Positions 37,510 through 47,663 of a stretch of 64,000 nt of DNA are shown piece by piece. Position numbers and translations under genes: made by a program. The stretch covers positions 576,001-640,000 of the forward strand of contig OZ251539.1 of the NCBI GenBank assembly GCA_965243135.1, in the 5' to 3' direction. The notes beneath the pieces are model-generated. The model had not been told where the DNA came from and did no database searches. It worked only from the letters and a program-made list of their open reading frames with translations. How positions within the stretch are numbered: the first letter of the stretch is position 1; each line of letters begins with the position of its first letter. This DNA is from Alphaproteobacteria bacterium (GTDB lineage Bacteria; Pseudomonadota; Alphaproteobacteria; MPNO01; UBA830).

Positions 37510-39591
37510 TCAGGAGCTCCGCTCGAGCGCGAGGTTTCGCCGTCCGTCGACCCGGGCGCGCCAGCCCGCGGGCGCGACGGTCGTCGCGTCGCTCTGCTCG
37601 ATTATCGCCGGCCCTTCGACGACCGCGCCCGGCGGCAGTTCGCGCCGCGCCCATATCGCGGCGGCGGTCTCCGTTCCCGCGGCGAAGCGAACCGGGCGGA
37701 CGCCCATGCGGGCCTTCTCCGGCGCCGGCGTTTCCGCCGCCGCGGCGGCGTCCGCAGGCTCGTACTTCGGAACCGGAGCGCGCGCGCGAACCCGGTAGCT
37801 CACGATCTCGACGGGTTTCTCGGCGGCGGCGTGGCCGTGGATTCTCGCGTGGATTTCGTCGAAGCGCCGCCGCACGGCGTCCAGGGCCGCCGCGTCGATC
37901 CCGCCTTCGTTTTCCGGGCCGTCCATGGGGACGCGCAGTTCGTAGCCCTGGCCGGCGTAGCGGAGGTCGAGCTCCCGCAAATACCGGGCCGTTTCCGGAT
38001 CCATTCCCTCGGCTTCGAGTTCGGCGCGGGCGCGCCGCTCGAGTTCGCGGAAAACTTCTTCCGCATGGCCGGGCGGCGTCCGGTCGAGCGGACGCAGTCC
38101 CGACCGGACGTAATCGTGCACGACGTCGGTGCAAAGCAGGCCCAGCGCCGAAAAGGCCCCCGGGCGAGGCGGCACCAGGATCCGCTCCATGCCGAGTTCC
38201 TCGGCGACGGCCGCCGCATGAACGGCTCCCGCGCCGCCGAAGGGCAGCAGGGTGAACTCCTGGGGGTCGACGCCGCGCTTGGCGCCGAAGACGCGCACCT
38301 CGTCGGCCATGCGCATGTCGACGATCCGGCGAACGCCGCAGGCGGCCTCGATCGCCGACATCCCGAGCGCCTTGCCCACCTTTTCTTCCAGCGCCTGCAG
38401 CGCCGCGCCGCGGTCGAGCGTCTGCGCGCCGCCGAGAAAGTAGTCCGGGTTGAGGAAACCGCAGGCGACGTCGGCGTCGGTAACGGTGGGGTTCTCGCCG
38501 CCCCTGCCGTAGCAGGCGGGTCCGGGATCCGCCCCGGCGCTCCGGGGGCCGACGGCGAGCAGGCCGCCTCCGTCGACCCAGGCGATCGAGCCGCCGCCCG
38601 CCGAAATCGTCGTCAGGTCGAGGGCCGGGACGTCGAGCCGCCGCCTCGCGACCTCGCTTTCGGTGACTTCGAGCGGCGCTCCGTTTTCGATGAAGGCGAT
38701 GTCGCAGGACGTGCCTCCCATGTCGAGCGTCACAAGTCCGGCTTCGTCGGCGAGGTAGGCCGCAGCCTGCACGCCGGCCGCCGGTCCGGAGAACAGCGTG
38801 TGAACGGTCTTCGCGCCAGCGACGGCCGCGGCGAAGGGCATGACGCCGCCGTTGGACTGCATCAGGAAGCGCCGGCGGGTCGTGACGCCGCCGGCGTCGA
38901 GCCCGTCCGAGAGATCGCCGATATAGCGTACGAGCACCGGTTCCAGATAGGCGTTGAGCAAGGTCGTCGACATGCGCGGCCATTCGCGTATGCGCGGCAG
39001 GACTTCGGACGACAGCGACACGTGCGCGTCCGGCCATTCCTCCGCGATCAGTTCGCGCGTGCGCCGTTCGTGCGCAGGATTCATGAACGAGAAGAGATAG
39101 ACGACGGCAATGGAATCGACGCCCTTGTCCCGGAGTTCGCGGGCTGCGGCGCGGACCGCCTCTTCGTCCAACGGTTCGAGCTCGTTGCCTTCGAAGTCGA
39201 TTCGCCCGCCGGCCTCCCGGGTCAGGCTCTGGGGCGCGAGGTGGGGCGGCCGCTGGAAGAAATAGTCGAACGGGTTGCCGTCCCGCGCCTGCTGCTGGAT
39301 CTCCTGAATCGCGCGATACCCCTTCGTGATGAGCATGCCGGCGCGTGCGCCGCGCATCTCGAGAAGCGCGTTGGTCGTAATGGTGGTGCCGTGAGCGAAG
39401 AATTCGACGGCGCCGGGGCTCTTGCCGCGCGCGACGAAGCGGCCGATGCCGTCGAGCACGCCGAGCGCCGGGTTGGCGGGCGTCGACGAAACCTTTTCGA
39501 TCTCGATCGATCCGTCCGCCGAGTCGAGCAGCACGAGGTCGGTGTGCGTGCCGCCGACGTCGACGCCGAGGCGGTAGCGGTCTTTGTCCAT
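37510..39591 (-). CDS. Hydantoinase A/oxoprolinase
   Basis: GVDVGGTHTD, HGTTITTNA, SGPAAG, DMGGTS, SAGADPGPACY. Confidence 0.93.
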   Translation of the reverse strand: MDKDRYRLGVDVGGTHTDLVLLDSADGSIEIEKVSSTPANPALGVLDGIGRFVARGKSPGAVEFFAHGTTITTNALLEMRGARAGMLITKGYRAIQEIQQQARDGNPFDYFFQRPPHLAPQSLTREAGGRIDFEGNELEPLDEEAVRAAARELRDKGVDSIAVVYLFSFMNPAHERRTRELIAEEWPDAHVSLSSEVLPRIREWPRMSTTLLNAYLEPVLVRYIGDLSDGLDAGGVTTRRRFLMQSNGGVMPFAAAVAGAKTVHTLFSGPAAGVQAAAYLADEAGLVTLDMGGTSCDIAFIENGAPLEVTESEVARRRLDVPALDLTTISAGGGSIAWVDGGGLLAVGPRSAGADPGPACYGRGGENPTVTDADVACGFLNPDYFLGGAQTLDRGAALQALEEKVGKALGMSAIEAACGVRRIVDMRMADEVRVFGAKRGVDPQEFTLLPFGGAGAVHAAAVAEELGMERILVPPRPGAFSALGLLCTDVVHDYVRSGLRPLDRTPPGHAEEVFRELERRARAELEAEGMDPETARYLRELDLRYAGQGYELRVPMDGPENEGGIDAAALDAVRRRFDEIHARIHGHAAAEKPVEIVSYRVRARAPVPKYEPADAAAAAETPAPEKARMGVRPVRFAAGTETAAAIWARRELPPGAVVEGPAIIEQSDATTVAPAGWRARVDGRRNLALERSS

Positions 39592-39661
39592 GATTTCCGG
39601 TCGTCGCTTCTCGTTTCGTCGGCCCCGGAGCGTCAGCCGCCGCCTTCGGCCGCAGCGGACG

Positions 39662-40438
39662 CTATTTTGCGGGGCTCGCGAACGACGCGAGCGCCATCGT
39701 GCCGCCGTCCACGAACAGGTTGGCGCCGGCGACGAAGGAGGCGTCCTCGGAGGCGAGAAACAGCACCGCCTGTGCCTGTTCCTCCGGTTCGCCGGGACGT
39801 CCCAGCAGATTGTTCACCTTGCGGTTGCGGTCGAACACCTGTTCGCCTACCGGCGAGCCCGTCATGTTCGGCGAGACCTGGTTGACGATGATGCCGTACG
39901 GCGCGAGCTGGACCGCGAGCGATTGCGTCAGGTTGAACACGCCGCTCTTGGCGGCGGTATAGGCGAGCGCCGTCGGGCGGCCCTTGAAGCCCGAGGTCGA
40001 GCCGATGTTGACGATGCGGCCCTTGCGGCCGTTGTCGACCATCCATCTCGCGACCTGCTTCGTGACGTAGAAGGGGGACGAGAGCGTCACGTCGACGGTT
40101 CTGCGCCACTCGTCCTCGGTCAGTTCGAAGACGTTCTTGTTGTCGGAGACGGCGACATTGTTGACGAGTATGTCGACGCCGTCGAAGGCTTCGGTCACAG
40201 CGGTCACCATCGCGGCGATGTCGCCGGTGTCGGACACGTCGCAGACTACGGCGATCGCTTCTCCGCCGCCGGCCCGAATCGTTTCCGCGACCGACTCGGC
40301 GCGGCCTTCGTCCATGTCGACCACCGCAACCATGGCTCCTTCACGGGCGAACAGCTTCGCGATCTCCTCCCCGATATTGCGGCCCGCCCCGGTAACGATC
40401 GCCGCCTTGCCTTCAAGCTTCCCCGCGTTTCCTGCCAT
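39662..40438 (-). CDS. Short-chain dehydrogenase/reductase
   Basis: TGAGRNIG, YTAAK. Confidence 0.92.
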   Translation of the reverse strand: MAGNAGKLEGKAAIVTGAGRNIGEEIAKLFAREGAMVAVVDMDEGRAESVAETIRAGGGEAIAVVCDVSDTGDIAAMVTAVTEAFDGVDILVNNVAVSDNKNVFELTEDEWRRTVDVTLSSPFYVTKQVARWMVDNGRKGRIVNIGSTSGFKGRPTALAYTAAKSGVFNLTQSLAVQLAPYGIIVNQVSPNMTGSPVGEQVFDRNRKVNNLLGRPGEPEEQAQAVLFLASEDASFVAGANLFVDGGTMALASFASPAK

Positions 40439-40507
40439 CCCGTTTTCCTGTTTCCGCGCATGATCTATAACCCGGCACTTAACCGGGGAAGCACGGGAAA
40501 ATCAAGA

Positions 40508-42835
40508 ATGATCGGTCAGGCGATTCCGCGCACGGAGGATTTTCGGCTACTCACCGGCGGCGGACGGTACGCGGACGACGTCGCGCTGCCGCATCAGGCG
40601 CGCGGATTCGTTCTCAGATCGCCGCACGCTCACGCGCGCATCGCGTCGATCGACGTCTCGGAAGCCGCCGCCATGCCGGGCGTCTTCGCGATCCTGACCG
40701 GCGCCGACTACGTCGCCGACGGGCTCGGCGATCTGAGATGCCTCGCGAAGTGGAACGACCGGCAGCACCAGAACCCGTGCCCGGCGCTGGCCGTCGGACG
40801 GGCGCGTTACGTCGGCGATCCGGTCGCCTTCGTCGTCGCCGGGAGCGTCGCCCAGGCGCGCGACGCGGCCGAAGCCGTCGACGTTCGTTACGAGCCGCTG
40901 CCCGCAATCGTCGCCACCGAACGGGCGATGGACGAAGACGCGCCGCTCGTGTGGGAGGAATGCCCGCGCAACGAATGCTTCCGCGTCGAGCGCGGCTATC
41001 CGGACGAAACCCGGGCGGCGTTCGCGAAGGCCGACCTCGTCGTCGAGCGCAGTTTCCGCATTACCCGAATGGTGACTAACACGCTCGAACCCCGCGCCTG
41101 CGTCGGCAGCTGGGACGGAACCCGCTATACGCTGCACACCGGGCTGCACTATCCGCACAAGCTGCGCGAGCAGCTGGCGACGGAGATTTTCCACGTCGCG
41201 GAACAGGACGTCCGGGTCGTCGCCGGCGACATAGGGGGGAGTTTCGGGCTGCGGGGCGGCACCTATCCCGAGCAGGTGCTGACGCTTTGGGCCTCGCGGC
41301 GCGTCGGACGGCCCGTGAAGTGGACGGCGGAGCGCTCCGAAGGCCACATTGCCGACTACCAGGGCCGCGACAACTTTTCGGTCGCGAAGCTCGCGCTGGA
41401 TCGCGACGGCAACTTTCTCGGCATGCACGTGCGGACGCTCGCGGCGCTCGGCGCCTACATAACGACCGCCGGCAACGGGCCTCCCGTCAACAATCTGGGC
41501 ACGCTCGTCGGAACCTACAAGACGCCAGCGGCCCACGTCGAAGTGTCGGGCGTCTACACCAACACCACGCCGACCTCGCCCTATCGCGGCGCGGGCCGGC
41601 CCGAAGCGGCGTACATCATCGAGACGCTGGTCGACGACGCGGCGCGCAAGCTCGGGCGCGACCCGGCGGAACTCAGGCGCCAAAACACGATTCCGCCGGA
41701 TGCGATGCCGTTCAAGACGGGCCTCGTCTTCACCTACGACTGCGGCGAGTTCGAGCGCAATCTCGACGACGGGCTGGCGATGATCGACTACGCCGGTTTC
41801 GAGGCGCGCCGCCGGGATTCCGAGGCGCGAGGACTGCTTCGGGGCATCGGGATTTCGAACACGATCGAGCGGGCCGGCGCTCCGTCGATCGAGGAAGCCA
41901 CGGTGCGCTTCGACCGCTACGGCGGCGCGACCGTGCTCGCCGGCACGATAAGCCAGGGCCAGGGCCACGAGACGATCTACAAGCAGATCGCGTCGCGGCA
42001 TCTCGGCGTTCCCGCCGACCGCATCCGGGTGCGCGAGGGCGATACGGACCAGCAGGGCATCGGCGGCGGCACCGGCGGATCCCGGTCCGCGACGTGCGGC
42101 GGCTCGGCGGTGTTCCGGGCGGCGGAGGCCACCCTCGCCAAGGCGCGGATTCTGGCCGCCCATCATCTCGAGGCGAGCGTCGAGGACGTCGAGTTCGCGG
42201 ACGGCGCGTTCACCATCGCGGGCACCGACCGGTCGGTCTCTCTGGAGGAGATCGCGCGCCTTTCCTTCGTTCCGGCGCGATTGCCCGAGGGCGCGACAGC
42301 GGGCATCGACGAACGGGCCACGTTCGCGCCCGAGGTTGCGAATTATCCGAACGGCTGCCATGTCTGCGAGGTCGAGATCGATCCCGAGACCGGCGAGGTC
42401 GAGATCGCCGGTTACGTCATCGTCGACGACGTAGGAAACGTTCTCAATCCGCTTCTTCTGAAAGGGCAGATTCACGGCGGCGTTGCTCAAGGCATCGGCC
42501 AGGCGGTCATGGAGCGCGCCGTCTACGACGGGGGCGGGCAGAACCTCGCCGGTTCGTTCATGGATTACGCCCTGCCGCGGGCCGAAGACCTCTGCATGTT
42601 CGACGTCAAGTCTAATCCGGTTCCGACGAAGCAGAACCCGCTCGGCGTGAAGGGTGCCGGCGAAGCGGGAACGGTTGGTGCGCTGCCAGCGGCATTGAAC
42701 GCGATCGAGAACGCTCTCAATCGGGCTGGCGTCGCGTCGATCGAGATGCCGGCATCGCCGGAGCGAGTCTGGAGAGCGGTTGCCGAGGCTCGTGCTGGCG
42801 CGGCGCTTTGCAACCGGGAGTTCCGCGTGGCATAG
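40508..42835 (+). CDS. Xanthine dehydrogenase family molybdopterin-binding subunit (CoxL-like)
   Basis: RTEDFRLLTG, IGGSFG, PYRGAGRPE, QGQGHET, GQIHGG, KGAGEAG. Confidence 0.93.
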   Translation: MIGQAIPRTEDFRLLTGGGRYADDVALPHQARGFVLRSPHAHARIASIDVSEAAAMPGVFAILTGADYVADGLGDLRCLAKWNDRQHQNPCPALAVGRARYVGDPVAFVVAGSVAQARDAAEAVDVRYEPLPAIVATERAMDEDAPLVWEECPRNECFRVERGYPDETRAAFAKADLVVERSFRITRMVTNTLEPRACVGSWDGTRYTLHTGLHYPHKLREQLATEIFHVAEQDVRVVAGDIGGSFGLRGGTYPEQVLTLWASRRVGRPVKWTAERSEGHIADYQGRDNFSVAKLALDRDGNFLGMHVRTLAALGAYITTAGNGPPVNNLGTLVGTYKTPAAHVEVSGVYTNTTPTSPYRGAGRPEAAYIIETLVDDAARKLGRDPAELRRQNTIPPDAMPFKTGLVFTYDCGEFERNLDDGLAMIDYAGFEARRRDSEARGLLRGIGISNTIERAGAPSIEEATVRFDRYGGATVLAGTISQGQGHETIYKQIASRHLGVPADRIRVREGDTDQQGIGGGTGGSRSATCGGSAVFRAAEATLAKARILAAHHLEASVEDVEFADGAFTIAGTDRSVSLEEIARLSFVPARLPEGATAGIDERATFAPEVANYPNGCHVCEVEIDPETGEVEIAGYVIVDDVGNVLNPLLLKGQIHGGVAQGIGQAVMERAVYDGGGQNLAGSFMDYALPRAEDLCMFDVKSNPVPTKQNPLGVKGAGEAGTVGALPAALNAIENALNRAGVASIEMPASPERVWRAVAEARAGAALCNREFRVA

Positions 42836-42877
42836 TCGGGCTACGGTGCGAAGAATGCCGCCGGGCGGACAGAGAAG

Positions 42878-43561
42878 GTGCCAACCGTGACCGTTCATCC
42901 TGCCCTTGCGGCTTTCGTGTCCGATCTTCGCGCCCTCTGGGACGAGGGCTTGGAGGAAGAAGCTCATTGGCCGTGCGTGAAGGCGTGCCTCGGCGAACTG
43001 ATGCTGGACGAAAGTCTGCGCAAGACCAGCCGCGACTGGCTAGGGCAACGGGGCGAGGAACTCATCCTGCACTACGACGATACGCACGGTTTCTTTGTCG
43101 GCGGGCTGGTGCGGCCCGGGGCGCACGAAGCGATGCCGCACGACCATGCGCATACCTGGACTGCCTATGGAGTACTGGACGGACTGGAAATCACGACCCT
43201 TTACGAGCGCACCGACGACGGCAGCGATCCGGGCAGGGCGATGATTACGGTCTCGGATCGCTACGAGGCACCGGTCGGCCATGTGGATCTTGTCAGGCCG
43301 TGGCAGATCCACGCCGAATCCAACAACGGCGAGCGGTCCGTTGCGATCACCGTCCGAACGGAGAAACCCGGAGGCTACGGGCAGAACATGTTCTTTCCAG
43401 ACGGCACCAGCAACATGAAGTACAAAGGTCTGAAGCTGATTCCGTTTGCGGCGAGGTCTGAGCAAAAGGTTCAGATTGTAGAATCATGTCGATCAGAAGA
43501 CAGTGCTACAACATGCTCGGATGTCGATGATCGATACAGCAACGAGTGGCCGAATAGGTAA
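42878..43561 (+). CDS. Cysteine dioxygenase-like cupin
   Basis: PHDHAHTWTAYGVLDG...YERTDD...QIH. The C-terminus runs into lower-GC DNA. Confidence 0.75.
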   Translation: MPTVTVHPALAAFVSDLRALWDEGLEEEAHWPCVKACLGELMLDESLRKTSRDWLGQRGEELILHYDDTHGFFVGGLVRPGAHEAMPHDHAHTWTAYGVLDGLEITTLYERTDDGSDPGRAMITVSDRYEAPVGHVDLVRPWQIHAESNNGERSVAITVRTEKPGGYGQNMFFPDGTSNMKYKGLKLIPFAARSEQKVQIVESCRSEDSATTCSDVDDRYSNEWPNR

Positions 43562-43668
43562 TTTGGTTTTCACAAATGGCGAAACAACCGAGAGAACCTC
43601 AAAAATATTTCACTTGTTCGTCTCTTTGTGCCTAAATGGGCTGGTAGTTAGAGGGTTGGGTACTCGAA

Positions 43669-44895
43669 ATGCCAAATGACGACAAACAGAACTCCGCTAA
43701 TGTCGGTCGGAGAGAAAATGTCAATGATATGACAAAAAACCTGAAAACAAACCTGCCTCCGACGCTTTCTCGCCGGGAAAAATTTTGGTCATGTGCTTTC
43801 CGCATTATAATGCTCGTAACGTCGGTGTTTCTTGCATACGTCTGTTTTCAAATTCTACGAGGAAGTTCAGCAGTTCCAGATTGTGTATGTTGGGTATATC
43901 TTGCTCTGTTCCTGTTTCTTGTGAGTTTGATGTTTGAACGTTATATTGGCCATGAAATAGCTGCTCACAATGCAAGATTGGAGGATGAAAGTGAGGTAAG
44001 ATTATTAATACAAGAGGCCAATCAAATAAAAAATCAGCCCAGATGGGTCGGCGGGAGCTATTCAGATAGAGAATTTGAATCCTTGACTACACAAATAAAT
44101 GAAGAAATAGGTAGATTGGGAGATTTAGGCCCATCTGGCTGGGTAGAATACCAGACATTAGTGCTTGAGCGTCTTGTTGTCGGAGTGCTTGAAGACAGTG
44201 ATTTAATTTCTAAGGCGCGATTGAGTTTGGCGGAAGTTGAAGAATATGCGATGGGTGGCACATTTTCTTATGATTCAAGACAATTCTCGGTTTGGGATAA
44301 GAGGATAAACAGCAGTATTTTGAAGATTGAAGAAAATATTCTGAGGGGTGAAAAAGAGGACAAACGTCCCGTAGAAAACTTGCGGTCAGATTTACGTTCT
44401 TTGTTGGATCATATCGCGGCTTATAAGATGAACTGGTCTTTGGGAAAAACCATAATCAATCAAATCAAGATATGCGGCGCGACAGCAGTGATCATTTTTG
44501 TGATCGCTGGGCTTTTCGATATCTACTATCCTAATGTTTCCTCTAAAGCAGACTCACCTGTTTTGGGTTTGTTTAGTTGGGGGTTACTTGGTAGTGCGGG
44601 AGCGATTATTAGCGTATTATATAACTTGAGAAATACCGATATTGTCGAAGTCGGAAATACCCAAGGATCAAAGGAACTATGGGATGCGGTACTTGGCGCG
44701 GTTCTCGGATTTGTTGCTGGTATTCTTGTGTTGTCGATATTGGCTGGAAGGGTAATTTTGAGCGGCGCGGCTGTACCCGATGTTTTTGCAAGCTACGAAG
44801 CAAGTCACGTTTATCTTTCCGTTACTTGGGCTGTTGTCGCTGGCATGGGGCTAGAGAAAGTCTTTAATCGAGTACGTAAGTTAACTAATCTCTAG
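43669..44895 (+). CDS. Multi-pass membrane protein (2 TM + soluble domain + 4 TM)
   Basis: Hydrophobic segments including GLLGSAGAIISVL and LGAVLGFVAG. AT-rich. Confidence 0.75.
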   Translation: MPNDDKQNSANVGRRENVNDMTKNLKTNLPPTLSRREKFWSCAFRIIMLVTSVFLAYVCFQILRGSSAVPDCVCWVYLALFLFLVSLMFERYIGHEIAAHNARLEDESEVRLLIQEANQIKNQPRWVGGSYSDREFESLTTQINEEIGRLGDLGPSGWVEYQTLVLERLVVGVLEDSDLISKARLSLAEVEEYAMGGTFSYDSRQFSVWDKRINSSILKIEENILRGEKEDKRPVENLRSDLRSLLDHIAAYKMNWSLGKTIINQIKICGATAVIIFVIAGLFDIYYPNVSSKADSPVLGLFSWGLLGSAGAIISVLYNLRNTDIVEVGNTQGSKELWDAVLGAVLGFVAGILVLSILAGRVILSGAAVPDVFASYEASHVYLSVTWAVVAGMGLEKVFNRVRKLTNL

Positions 44896-44899
44896 TCCA

Positions 44900-45361
44900 A
44901 TGGTTGCGTTGATTGAGTCGGACACCACACCACACCACAACTTGCGGCGGTTTCAAATGCAGAAAGATGATCGAAGACATGGTTCATGTTCGATTTACGG
45001 ATATGAACTTATACTCGATATGTTTGAATGCAACACAACGTTATTCAATCGGAAAGATATTGATCTTTTCTTTACGGATCTTTGCGAACTAATAGATATG
45101 ACGAGATGTGAGGTTCACTTCTGGGATGATGAAGGTTTGCCTGAAGAAGAGCGACAGACTTCCCCGCATACAAAAGGAACTTCTGCAGTTTGCTTCATAC
45201 TGACTAGCAGCATCGTTATACATACGCTTGACATTCTGAAATCCGTGTATATAAACGTTTTCTCATGTAAGAGATTCGATCCAAATATCGTAGCGGAATT
45301 TGCGAGGAAAAGATTCGAGGCGACATCGTTCAAGACCAATTTCCTAGAGCGCATGATGTAG
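44900..45361 (+). CDS. S-adenosylmethionine decarboxylase (SpeD)-like pyruvoyl proenzyme
   Basis: YGYELILDMFEC...GTSAVCFILTSSIVIHT...YINVFSCKRFD. Alternative start at 44957. Confidence 0.8.
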   Translation: MVALIESDTTPHHNLRRFQMQKDDRRHGSCSIYGYELILDMFECNTTLFNRKDIDLFFTDLCELIDMTRCEVHFWDDEGLPEEERQTSPHTKGTSAVCFILTSSIVIHTLDILKSVYINVFSCKRFDPNIVAEFARKRFEATSFKTNFLERMM

Positions 45362-45378
45362 GAACACGGGATGTGAAG

Positions 45379-46770
45379 ATGCTTCTTCGAGAAATCGAAA
45401 TAGACCTATCGATTAACCTAGATCGGCCTGGCGTCTTGTCTCGAATTCAAGAGGCTATTGATCTTCGTATCTCTCCTAATGTTCGACCCTTAAAATTCGC
45501 CATCACAAACTCATATAGTTCAAATTTGAGGTGTCAAGTTAGCGGCTTGATGTACAGAAATAACATCTTCAATGATAAGGAATTGTCCATTTTTGATTTC
45601 ACCTATCGGGATACACAATGTTCTGATCAATTTAACGTAGTGTTTTTGGTGCCGACAGGAATAGGGGCGGAGATCGGTGGCCACGCGGGCGACGCCGCCC
45701 CCGCATCGCAACTCATTTCCGAAACTTGCGATTCTCTAATTCTTCACCCAAATGTTGTTAATGCGTCCGACATTAACGAGATGCCAAACAATTCTCTTTA
45801 CGTTGAAGGTAGCGTTATTACGCGCTTGCTTATGGGAACCATAGGGCTTGGGTTCACACGGTCTAATCGGGTATTAACAATTATCGACGGAGAGGCGGAG
45901 GATGCATTTCAAAATGCCGCCGTCAACGCGGTAAATGCAGCGAGGTCTTCTTACGGATTGAACTGTTCTCGGATAATTAGCCTGAACCCTGCGGTCAAGA
46001 TGAAGGCAGCATTCACTCAATCAGGAACGGCTGCAGGAAGCATTGATGGATTGGAGAGGCTATTCGATATTCTTGATGATCATCGGGAAGAGTATGACGC
46101 AATTGCTCTTTCGTCGATTATCTGCGTGCCGAAAGACTTTCACAAGAAATATTTTGATTCCGGAGGGGATATGATTAATCCGTGGGGCGGCGTGGAGGCA
46201 ATGCTTACCCATGCGGTATCTCAAAAGCTGAATTTGCCGTCAGCTCATGCTCCGATGTTTGAATCGTTGGAGGTCGCAAATCAGTATCCTAGGATCGTAG
46301 ATCCCCGTATGGCTGCCGAGGCAATTTCTTTGACTTTTCTTCAATGTGTGCTTAAAGGTCTAAGAACTAGCCCAAAGATAATCGATGATCCGGCGAAGTT
46401 CGTTAACCAAGGGGTAATTTCTGCGGCGGATATCGCTTGTCTTGTTATCCCCGATGGTTGTTTAGGTTTGCCGACGTTAGCTGCGCTGGAGCAGGGTATT
46501 ACTGTTATAGCGGTGCGTGAAAATGAAAACCTTATGAAAAACGACTTAGCAGCGTTGCCATGGCGGGCAGATCAGTTCTATTTGGTTGAAAATTACTGGG
46601 AAGCAGCAGGTGTGCTGTGCGCACTTCGTGGCGGAATTATGCCGAGCGCTGTGCGGCGTCCATTAGAACAAACTTCCGTGGAGATTCGGTCGGTCGGTCA
46701 GAAGGGTGAATTGAAAAACCCGAAGGATCACGACGCGAAAGAAAAAGAGAGCTGGCGGAAGAGAGCGTAA
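45379..46770 (+). CDS. DUF3326 family protein with N-terminal extension
   Basis: VPTGIGAEIGGHAGDA, HPNVVNASD, LYVEG, NPWGGVEAMLTH, AHAP, DPRMAAE, NYWEAAG. Confidence 0.85.
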   Translation: MLLREIEIDLSINLDRPGVLSRIQEAIDLRISPNVRPLKFAITNSYSSNLRCQVSGLMYRNNIFNDKELSIFDFTYRDTQCSDQFNVVFLVPTGIGAEIGGHAGDAAPASQLISETCDSLILHPNVVNASDINEMPNNSLYVEGSVITRLLMGTIGLGFTRSNRVLTIIDGEAEDAFQNAAVNAVNAARSSYGLNCSRIISLNPAVKMKAAFTQSGTAAGSIDGLERLFDILDDHREEYDAIALSSIICVPKDFHKKYFDSGGDMINPWGGVEAMLTHAVSQKLNLPSAHAPMFESLEVANQYPRIVDPRMAAEAISLTFLQCVLKGLRTSPKIIDDPAKFVNQGVISAADIACLVIPDGCLGLPTLAALEQGITVIAVRENENLMKNDLAALPWRADQFYLVENYWEAAGVLCALRGGIMPSAVRRPLEQTSVEIRSVGQKGELKNPKDHDAKEKESWRKRA

Positions 46771-46787
46771 AATAGTTTCTGGAAATT

Positions 46788-47648
46788 TCAGGAACTACCG
46801 AGCACGGTCGTTCGGTGAATCAGACGGATATCGGGATATTCGTAGCCGCCCGTGGCGCGGTGGTTGACGCAGCGGTTGTCCCACATCACGAGATCGCCGT
46901 CTTCCCACCGGTGGCGGTAGCGGTATTCCTTTCCTGCCGAATGCGCAATCAACTCGTCCAGCAGCGTATCGGCTGCCTCATCGTCGAGGCCCGCCAAACG
47001 GTAGGTGAAGCGCGGCGAGCAGAACAGGGACGTCCGTCCGGTTTCCGGGTGAACGCTGGCCAGCGGGTGTTCGACGTCCGGATTTTCCCGCTCCTGCTTG
47101 GCGTAGAACTCGGCCGCGTTCTCGCGCTCGCCCGACATCGGCGCGCGCTTGTTCTTGAGCTTGCTGATCGAGTTTACGCCATGAAGACCCGCGACGCGCC
47201 GTTTGGTCGCTTCGGGCAGGGATTCGTAGGCGAGGTATTGGTTGGCGAAATCCGTGGCGCCGCCCCTCGACGGGTTCCTCAGCGAATAGAGGATCGTGCA
47301 TTTCGCTGGCACCGGCTTGAACTGCAGGTCGCTGTGCCAGACGTCGCCCGCGTCGACCACGCCGATGTGGCGGCCGTTCGCGTCGACGTCGTTTGACAGC
47401 ACGAGTATTTCCGGGTTGTCTCGAAGGGCGTATCTCGCGTTGTCGTGGACGACGACGCGACCGAAGCGCTGTGAAAAGGCGATCTGGTGTTCCGGCGAGA
47501 GGTGTTGCTTCCGGAAGCATAGCACCTGATGGGCGAGAAACGCCTCGTTGACCTCGGCGAAGGTTTCGTCGTCCATCGGCTGCGACAGGTCGAGCCCGAC
47601 GATTTCCGCGCCGAGCGCTTCGCTGAGTCGACCGATTCTCCAAGTCAC
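46788..47648 (-). CDS. TauD/TfdA 2-oxoglutarate dioxygenase
   Basis: WHSD, HRW..GDLVMWDNRCVNHRA. Confidence 0.92.
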   Translation of the reverse strand: MTWRIGRLSEALGAEIVGLDLSQPMDDETFAEVNEAFLAHQVLCFRKQHLSPEHQIAFSQRFGRVVVHDNARYALRDNPEILVLSNDVDANGRHIGVVDAGDVWHSDLQFKPVPAKCTILYSLRNPSRGGATDFANQYLAYESLPEATKRRVAGLHGVNSISKLKNKRAPMSGERENAAEFYAKQERENPDVEHPLASVHPETGRTSLFCSPRFTYRLAGLDDEAADTLLDELIAHSAGKEYRYRHRWEDGDLVMWDNRCVNHRATGGYEYPDIRLIHRTTVLGSS

Positions 47649-47663
47649 CGAACGAATTTTCTC

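Noticed and set aside
32879-42967. Long antisense ORFs (910, 805 and 806 aa) and 5' extensions of the XDH, cupin and flavoprotein ORFs
   Set aside because: They lie opposite or overlap recognisable enzymes. Real starts were trimmed to motif-supported positions.
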